DNA from: a bacterium
GTDB lineage: Bacteria; Patescibacteriota; Patescibacteriia; UBA10025
DNA length: 64,000 nt
Direction of reading: 5' to 3'
Assembly: GCA_021815445.1 (NCBI GenBank)
Contig: JAKAGM010000002.1
Location: 31,373-95,372, forward strand
In this document: positions 57,973-64,000 of the stretch, in pieces
How the letters are laid out: every line of letters starts with the position of its first letter
Numbering within the stretch: position 1 is the stretch's first letter
Notes under the pieces: model-generated
Seen by the model: only the letters and a program-made list of their open reading frames with translations
What the model was told of the DNA's origin: nothing
Database searches by the model: none
Made by a program: the position numbers and the translations under genes

Positions 57973-59820
57973 TTATTCTACGGTAACGCTTTTAGCGAGA
58001 TTTCTCGGCTGATCAACATCACACCCGCGCTCGACTGCGACGTAGTATGCGAGGAGCTGAAGCGGAATCGTGGTGACAAGCGGAGAAAGTTCGATAGGCA
58101 CTTGCGGTACGCGAAGCACGTGGTTGGCTTTCTTTTCTATCGTTTTGTCATTATCATTCGCGACGGCAATTATGTCCCCCCCGCGGGCAAGGATCTCTTC
58201 CATATTGGATAAAATTTTCGGATATAGAGGATCATGGTCGAGCGCAATAATGACCGAGGGCATCCGCTTATCTATCAGCGCGATAGGGCCGTGTTTCATC
58301 TCTGCTGCCGGGTATCCTTCTGCGTGGATGTAGGATATTTCTTTCAGTTTTAACGCTCCCTCCAAGGCGACAGGGAAGTTTATGCCCCTTCCTAAAAAGA
58401 GGAAATGATCGCGGGATGCGTGCTTTTTTGCGATTTCGCGGATTTTCTGCTCCTTTTCCGGCTGGAGTATCTCTTGGATTCTCTCAGGAATATTCTTTAA
58501 CGCTTCGAGGATTACCTTTCCTTTTTCGACGGACATGGCGCGGCTGCGTGCGAGGAGGATACTGATAAGAGTCAAGATGGTAATTTGAGCCGTGAACGCC
58601 TTTGTAGAGGCGACGCCGATTTCGGGTCCCGCATGGAGGTAGACGCCGGCGGCGGTTTCTCTGGCTATCGTGCTACCTACGACATTGCAGATTCCCAACA
58701 CTGTCGCTCCCTGACGTTTTGCTTCTCTCAGTGCCGCGAGGGTATCAGCAGTCTCCCCGGACTGGCTAATAACGAGAACGACAGTGCCTTTCTCAATAAT
58801 GGGTGACCGATACCTGAATTCGGACGCGTATTCCACCTCAGCGGGGATACGGGCGAGCTCCTCTATGAGATACTCGCCGACTAGCCCGGCGTGCCATGAT
58901 GTTCCGCATGCCGTAATAATAATACGTTTTGCATGTTGGAGCTGTTCAAGATGAGATGCCAGACCGTTCAGGTGTGAAACTCCATTTTCCAGGTCAATCC
59001 GGCCGCGCATCGTATCCCTGAGGGCGCTCGGCTGTTCGTCAATTTCTTTTTTCATGTAGTGGTCGTATCCGCCCTTTTCAATTTTTTTCGCATCCCAGTC
59101 GATATGCGTCGCCTTGCGAATAATGGGAATATTTTTCAGCGAAATAATCTTATATCCCTTGGGGGTCAGATGCACCATTTCCCCGTCTTCGATATGAATG
59201 ATTTCCTTAGTGTGGGCGATAAACGCCGACGGGTCTGAAGCGATATAGTATTCTTCCTTGCCCACGCCGAGCACGAGAGGACTTTGGAAGCGCGCTGCGA
59301 CAATCTCTTCGGGGTGTGATGCGCTGATAGCCACGATAGCGTACGCGCCGACCAGGTCGTTGAGCGCTGTGCGGACGGCCTCGACAAAGTCGCCGTTGGC
59401 GTATTCCTCGATCAGATGGGCGATAACCTCGGTGTCTGTTTCGCTCGAAAACATGTGCCCTTTTTTCTCGAGCATGGTTTTGAGCGTCCTGTAATTTTCT
59501 ATTATGCCGTTGTGCGCTACGGCAAGCTGGATATTTTTGTTCCACGGGCAACCGGTGTGCGGGTGGGCATTGAGCTCTGTCACTCCGCCGTGGGTTGCCC
59601 AACGGGTATGGCCTATCCCGATGGCTCCCTTCCATGCGCCATGCGCAGTCGCCCGCTCGAGATCATTAATTTTCCCGACAACTTTCTTTATTTCCAATGT
59701 CGTTCCGTCTGTCATTGCCAGGCCCGCAGAATCATACCCGCGGTATTCGAGCCTGTGCAGACCTTCGATGACTACGTCTCGAACGTTTTTATTGCCGACA
59801 TATCCGATGATGCCGCACAT
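57973..59820 (-). CDS. glmS: Glutamine--fructose-6-phosphate aminotransferase
   Basis: MCGIIGYVG N-terminal nucleophile and two SIS domains, 615 aa, ending ...VTVE. Confidence 0.9.
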   Translation of the reverse strand: MCGIIGYVGNKNVRDVVIEGLHRLEYRGYDSAGLAMTDGTTLEIKKVVGKINDLERATAHGAWKGAIGIGHTRWATHGGVTELNAHPHTGCPWNKNIQLAVAHNGIIENYRTLKTMLEKKGHMFSSETDTEVIAHLIEEYANGDFVEAVRTALNDLVGAYAIVAISASHPEEIVAARFQSPLVLGVGKEEYYIASDPSAFIAHTKEIIHIEDGEMVHLTPKGYKIISLKNIPIIRKATHIDWDAKKIEKGGYDHYMKKEIDEQPSALRDTMRGRIDLENGVSHLNGLASHLEQLQHAKRIIITACGTSWHAGLVGEYLIEELARIPAEVEYASEFRYRSPIIEKGTVVLVISQSGETADTLAALREAKRQGATVLGICNVVGSTIARETAAGVYLHAGPEIGVASTKAFTAQITILTLISILLARSRAMSVEKGKVILEALKNIPERIQEILQPEKEQKIREIAKKHASRDHFLFLGRGINFPVALEGALKLKEISYIHAEGYPAAEMKHGPIALIDKRMPSVIIALDHDPLYPKILSNMEEILARGGDIIAVANDNDKTIEKKANHVLRVPQVPIELSPLVTTIPLQLLAYYVAVERGCDVDQPRNLAKSVTVE

Positions 59821-59859
59821 AGGTAAGGGAGATAAAAGATGAAAAAGAAGAATGGAAAA

Positions 59860-61047
59860 TTACTGGATAAGTCCGTGCTTTTTGCCGATGCGGGTAAAGG
59901 CCTCGATTGCCTTATTAACATGCTCATCCGTGTGCGCTGCTGACAGCTGTACGCGTATACGCGCAGTTCCCTGCGGGACCACGGGATACCAAAATCCGAT
60001 AACAAAGACACCCTCATTAAGGAGATCGGCGGCAATCGCCGCGGCGACAGTAGCTTCGCCGAGCATGATGGGCACTATAGGATGGTTGTTGCCGCGGATG
60101 GTAAAGCCCGCTGACGTCATCGCCGAACGGAATTTCTCCGTGTTGTGCATCAGCTGTTCACGCGCTTGTTTAAGCGTGTCGGCGTGGTCGACAATATATT
60201 GCGTTGTGGCCACGACTACGGGAGCAAGGGAGTTAGAAAAAAGGTACGGCCGGGACCGCTGCCGCAAAAAGTCGACGATCTCCTGCCGCGCTGCAGTAAA
60301 CCCGCCTGATGCCCCGCCAAAGGCCTTGCCAAATGTCGATGTAACAATATCAATGCGATCCATGGTCCCTGTCGCTTCGCCGCTGCCCCTGCCATTCGGA
60401 CCCAGGATGCCTGTGGCATGCGAATCATCCACCATAACGACAGCATCATAGCGGTCTGCGAGGTCGCAGATATCTTTCAGTTTCGCCATTTCTCCATCCA
60501 TGCTAAAGACTCCGTCAGTCACGATAAGCTTGATGCGTTTAGATTGAGCCGCCTTCAGCTGGTTCTCGAGATCATCCATGTCGTGATGTTTATAGCGATA
60601 CCTCTCGGCCTTGCAAAGCCTGACACCGTCAATAATGCTTGCATGGTTAAGCTCGTCGGAAATTATTGCATCATCGCCGGCGAGCAAAGTTTCAAAGAGC
60701 CCCGCATTTGCGTCAAAGCAGGATGAATAGAGGATTGCATCATCCATTCCTACGTACTGCGCGAGAGTTCGCTCGAGTTTCCGATGCTGTTCCTGCGTGC
60801 CGGAGATGAAACGGACCGATGAGAGGCCGTAACCGTAGCGATCAAGCGCTTTTTTTGCGGCAGAGATGACATCGGGATTATTCGCGAGCCCGAGGTAATT
60901 ATTTGCGCTAAAGTTAAGCACGCGTTTGCCGTTAACGGTAATCTCGGCGCCTTGGGGAGATTGCAGCTCGCGTTCTGTTTTCCAGAGCCCTTGTGATCGG
61001 ATGTCGTCCTCGGTTTTTTTAAGTATGCGTTGTAAAGAATCGTACAT
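59860..61047 (-). CDS. kbl: Glycine C-acetyltransferase (2-amino-3-ketobutyrate CoA ligase)
   Basis: AOS-family PLP enzyme ([10 protein letters not shown]..., ...[12 protein letters not shown]). Adjacent to tdh. Confidence 0.75.
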   Translation of the reverse strand: MYDSLQRILKKTEDDIRSQGLWKTERELQSPQGAEITVNGKRVLNFSANNYLGLANNPDVISAAKKALDRYGYGLSSVRFISGTQEQHRKLERTLAQYVGMDDAILYSSCFDANAGLFETLLAGDDAIISDELNHASIIDGVRLCKAERYRYKHHDMDDLENQLKAAQSKRIKLIVTDGVFSMDGEMAKLKDICDLADRYDAVVMVDDSHATGILGPNGRGSGEATGTMDRIDIVTSTFGKAFGGASGGFTAARQEIVDFLRQRSRPYLFSNSLAPVVVATTQYIVDHADTLKQAREQLMHNTEKFRSAMTSAGFTIRGNNHPIVPIMLGEATVAAAIAADLLNEGVFVIGFWYPVVPQGTARIRVQLSAAHTDEHVNKAIEAFTRIGKKHGLIQ

Positions 61048-61054
61048 AGGGGGA

Positions 61055-62200
61055 TTAAAACTTCAAAATAGTCTTAGGGTGGGCGAGCATGTGCTCCTCA
61101 AATGTCTGCGTCGTCGCTTCTGAAAAAGGGAGCATGGTGCCTTTTCCTCCCTGCAAAAGCTCATTCCATAATTTGTCCTGAATGCCGTTCGACGCGTCTT
61201 CGAGGAGGCGCTGGGTTATTTCCCACGTTCCAAATATCCTGCGGCCAATGATTGAATGCAGGGTAATTCCGCGCACGATAAGCTTATCAAACATTTTGAT
61301 TGATATGTCGCCCGTTTTTATCCCGAAGAGTACGACATCCCCGCCCCGTCTCACTGTTTGGATGGCCGTATTAACACTCGTATGGTAGCCGGCCATTTCC
61401 AGCGCGACATCCACTCCCACGCCCTCGGTCAGGTCGTGAATTTTCCGGACAAGTTCAGCATCATATCCCGGCTCCGGGTCTCGTGCGGTTACCGCGGTGA
61501 CATCAGCGCCGAATGACTTTGCGAGCGCCAGTTTATTCTCGTTTGGGTCTGCGGCGATAATGTACGATGCGCCCGTAGCTCGGGCAACCATGGTGGCCAT
61601 CAGGCCGATTGGTCCGCATCCAAAGACTGCTATGCGTTTACCCTTGAGATCCACGCGAGTGGCAGCATGAACAGCATTACCAAAGGGCTCCTGCATACAG
61701 GCTATCTCAGGTCGTATTTTATGTGTATCCGTATGCCACAATATTTTTGCAGGGATTTTGATGTATTCAGCAAAACATCCGTCAATGCCGATTCCCAGAA
61801 TGATTTCATCGGTACATACATGCCGTTCACCGCGCACGCACTGGTAGCATTTGCCGCAGGTGATATGGGACTCAGCGCTAACCAGGTCACCTTTTTTGAA
61901 CCCATACTTTTCTTTGACCGCAGAGCCAGCCTCAACAATTTGACCGAACAATTCGTGGCCGACAATGCGAAGAAACTTATTCTCTCTTTTTAACGATTTA
62001 AAAATCTGGTCTTGAAACGCCGTCCGGAACCATATGCCCCTGTCCGACCCGCACACGCCGACAAAGATAAGCTTTACGACAACCCACTCGGCGTCTTGCT
62101 TGAGGTTCGTTTCATCTATATGCGGGTCATCCACTGAAATCTTTTTAAGACCCTTAGTTTTTTCCCATGATTCCCGACTGTCGAGGATGAATGCTTTCAT
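61055..62200 (-). CDS. tdh: L-threonine 3-dehydrogenase (Zn-dependent MDR)
   Basis: [15 protein letters not shown] and the NAD-binding site GCGPIGL. The tdh-kbl pairing is conserved. Confidence 0.7.
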   Translation of the reverse strand: MKAFILDSRESWEKTKGLKKISVDDPHIDETNLKQDAEWVVVKLIFVGVCGSDRGIWFRTAFQDQIFKSLKRENKFLRIVGHELFGQIVEAGSAVKEKYGFKKGDLVSAESHITCGKCYQCVRGERHVCTDEIILGIGIDGCFAEYIKIPAKILWHTDTHKIRPEIACMQEPFGNAVHAATRVDLKGKRIAVFGCGPIGLMATMVARATGASYIIAADPNENKLALAKSFGADVTAVTARDPEPGYDAELVRKIHDLTEGVGVDVALEMAGYHTSVNTAIQTVRRGGDVVLFGIKTGDISIKMFDKLIVRGITLHSIIGRRIFGTWEITQRLLEDASNGIQDKLWNELLQGGKGTMLPFSEATTQTFEEHMLAHPKTILKF

Positions 62201-62958
62201 GTTGTAGGTGCGATGTTAGGTAATGTTGAATATACATGTTCAAAAATGACTCTTTGAGTTTCAGCAATCGTCGCGTCAGCCATCAGGATTCCGTGCAGTT
62301 TCTTGTGTTCGTCGAATGAAATGATAGCCATCTTATGTTCATAGATGATAATGTAGGCAGGACTGCTTTCGGTTTTGGTCAGCCACTTCCGTTCATCCAT
62401 GCCCCAGAGCTTACCTCCAGATCCTAAGGCGATCACCTTGACTCGGATTTTTTTAGCGATGCGTTTTTTCGCAAAATTCGGAAAGTCAGTGTACAAATGC
62501 TCCCGGACGTCTGCGGCTGAGTACGCGTAGTACTCTTTTGTTTTCGCCGAGGACATCGTGTCAATCACATCCTGGAGGATGGCTTTGATGCCTGTCGCAC
62601 CCTCGTAGTACTTGACCACAGGTTTTGACGGGGATGTCGGAATCAGGGAGCGGAGATTGGGCAAGATACTCTCCAGCTCTCGCCGAGACCTCTCAAGAAT
62701 CGATACGTTTTGCTCGATAATTTCCTTCAGCCGTTCAGGGTTCTCCGCGACAAAGTACTGGTGCGTGTTCTTATGATAATAGCTGACCAGGCCTTTTTTG
62801 AGAAGCGATTTTAAAGTGTCGTACGTCGTTCCACGGTTGACGCCAGTAGTCAAAGCCAAGGTTCGCACAGACGACTGACCCGCCTCAAGAAGTTTGAGGT
62901 AGATTTGGGTCTCCTTTTGGTTCAATCCGATACGTTGGAGGATTGATTCGGCCGGCAT
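62197..62958 (-). CDS. TrmB family transcriptional regulator
   Basis: QRIGLNQKETQIYLKLLEAGQSSVRTLALTTGVNRGTTYDTLKSLLKKGLV wHTH. Overlaps the tdh start by 4 nt. Confidence 0.65.
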   Translation of the reverse strand: MPAESILQRIGLNQKETQIYLKLLEAGQSSVRTLALTTGVNRGTTYDTLKSLLKKGLVSYYHKNTHQYFVAENPERLKEIIEQNVSILERSRRELESILPNLRSLIPTSPSKPVVKYYEGATGIKAILQDVIDTMSSAKTKEYYAYSAADVREHLYTDFPNFAKKRIAKKIRVKVIALGSGGKLWGMDERKWLTKTESSPAYIIIYEHKMAIISFDEHKKLHGILMADATIAETQRVIFEHVYSTLPNIAPTT

Positions 62959-63153
62959 AAGGTATGTAAAACAGTATAGTTTTTAGCAGAATACCTGTCA
63001 ATACTTTTACAACCATTTTTACCATTTTTTTCTTATTTGGCTAAAATGAGCCAAAAAGAAGGATAAGGTTTGTCATTTTCTGCTCTACACTATGGATGTA
63101 TGACTGGGAGCAATTTTTGACCCGGGACGGAAAAATGAGTACACTATGCGCAT

Positions 63154-64000
63154 ATGGCAAAAAAAACAGTTATTGTGTTAACAGGCGGGGGCCTGGCGCC
63201 TGCGCTCAATCCTACATTATATGGGGTCATCACGGCCGCACGTAAGCAGGGGTACCGCGTTCTCGGGGGTGTTGCAGGATGGCTTAGTCTACTCGAGGAC
63301 GGACGTCGGATAGACCTGTCGAATGTTGACGTAGAATCAATTAGAAACATGGGCGGCACCTTTTTACGGTCCTCCCGCACCAATCCCTTTAAGGTAGCTG
63401 GCGGAGTAGATGCCATTAAAGCAACGCTAAACAGAGAGGGCATTGATGCAATAATTGCCATCGGAGGGAATGATACGCTGGGTGCCGCACGAGAACTCGC
63501 GCGAAAAGAAGGCATCCCGGCTGTCGGTATTCCCAAGACTATTGATAACGACCTTTCCGGAACCTACTGGTGTCCGGGATTCCCGTCAGCCGCTCATTAT
63601 ATCAGCTCATTCGTCAGGGAAATCCGCGAAGACGCCGCCTACGCGCTCCAGCGCATTTATGTCATCGAAGCACTCGGCATGCATAGCGGGTGGCTCGCGG
63701 CGAGCGGCAGCTATGGCGGCGCTGATGTCATCATTCCTCCCGAGAAGACCGTGTCATTACAGTCGGTGCTCAAGATAACACAACGTCGTTATCGGGATAA
63801 TGACAACTTCGCCGCCGTTGTTGTGGCGCAGGAAGCTCAGTTCGATGAACCCCTCGGCGTGAGTTATGACGACCAGCACGACCAGTACAGTACCAAGCGG
63901 CAGCAATATATAGCGTTAAGCCTGCGTGCCGTCATTGCTGAAAAACTCGGTATCACCACGCGCATGCTGTATCCCGGCAACTATTTTGAAACGGGCGCGC
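63154..64000 (+). CDS. pfk: 6-phosphofructokinase (PFK-A family), N-terminal part; gene continues past the right edge
   Basis: Manual translation from the ATG at 63154 is open to the window end: MAKKTVIVLTGGGLAPALN...AIGGNDTLGAA...GIPKTIDNDL, the PFK substrate-binding signature. Confidence 0.7.
   Translation, partial: MAKKTVIVLTGGGLAPALNPTLYGVITAARKQGYRVLGGVAGWLSLLEDGRRIDLSNVDVESIRNMGGTFLRSSRTNPFKVAGGVDAIKATLNREGIDAIIAIGGNDTLGAARELARKEGIPAVGIPKTIDNDLSGTYWCPGFPSAAHYISSFVREIREDAAYALQRIYVIEALGMHSGWLAASGSYGGADVIIPPEKTVSLQSVLKITQRRYRDNDNFAAVVVAQEAQFDEPLGVSYDDQHDQYSTKRQQYIALSLRAVIAEKLGITTRMLYPGNYFETGA

Noticed and set aside
63144-63536. 130-aa minus-strand ORF
   Set aside because: Antisense to the clearly coding 6-phosphofructokinase N-terminus.
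1-64000. CRISPR arrays, rRNA, transposases or integrases
   Set aside because: No regularly spaced direct repeats, no rRNA-like segments and no recombinase signatures were found on either strand.

Overview
This 64-kb window is gene-dense bacterial chromosome with about 50% GC and short intergenic gaps. The gene content suggests a small-genome, possibly CPR-like organism: two TrmB-family regulators, an archaeal-type PGI/PMI and NadM-like enzyme, an EndoQ-like PHP protein, many polytopic GT-C-like membrane proteins and VirB2/TrbC-like pilin-like proteins. I called about 60 CDSs, one tRNA-Ser(CGA), a truncated tRNA copy and a family of GC-rich palindromic intergenic repeats. I found no rRNA, CRISPR array, transposase or integrase.

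The most notable region is at about 3.4-17.8 kb. Two convergent same-strand clusters there combine sugar activation (PGI/PMI and GalU), a Dpm1-like GT2 polyprenyl-phosphate sugar synthase, five or six large GT-C-like integral membrane proteins including a tandem paralog pair and a DUF2079-like protein, three tandem VirB2/TrbC-like pilin paralogs and an orphan membrane-anchored solute-binding protein. The third pilin paralog carries a long Cys-rich extension. I propose this as a surface-appendage or protein/envelope glycosylation island.

Other points of interest:
- a small GIY-YIG gene flanked by a complete tRNA-Ser and a 36-nt duplicate of its 5' half;
- a second small GIY-YIG gene beside a NadM-like gene that is split at a C5G7 homopolymer;
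- an AT-rich island of about 1 kb encoding a protein with a C-terminal Rx4H (HEPN-like) motif next to a zinc-finger-like protein, which is a candidate defense locus;
- a terminator-bounded leader of about 250 nt just upstream of ywbE-mazG, which could be a riboswitch or sRNA;
- a dispersed family of CGAGCGCA...TGCGCTCGG hairpin repeats.

All protein assignments come from motif recall and manual reading. No database searches were run.
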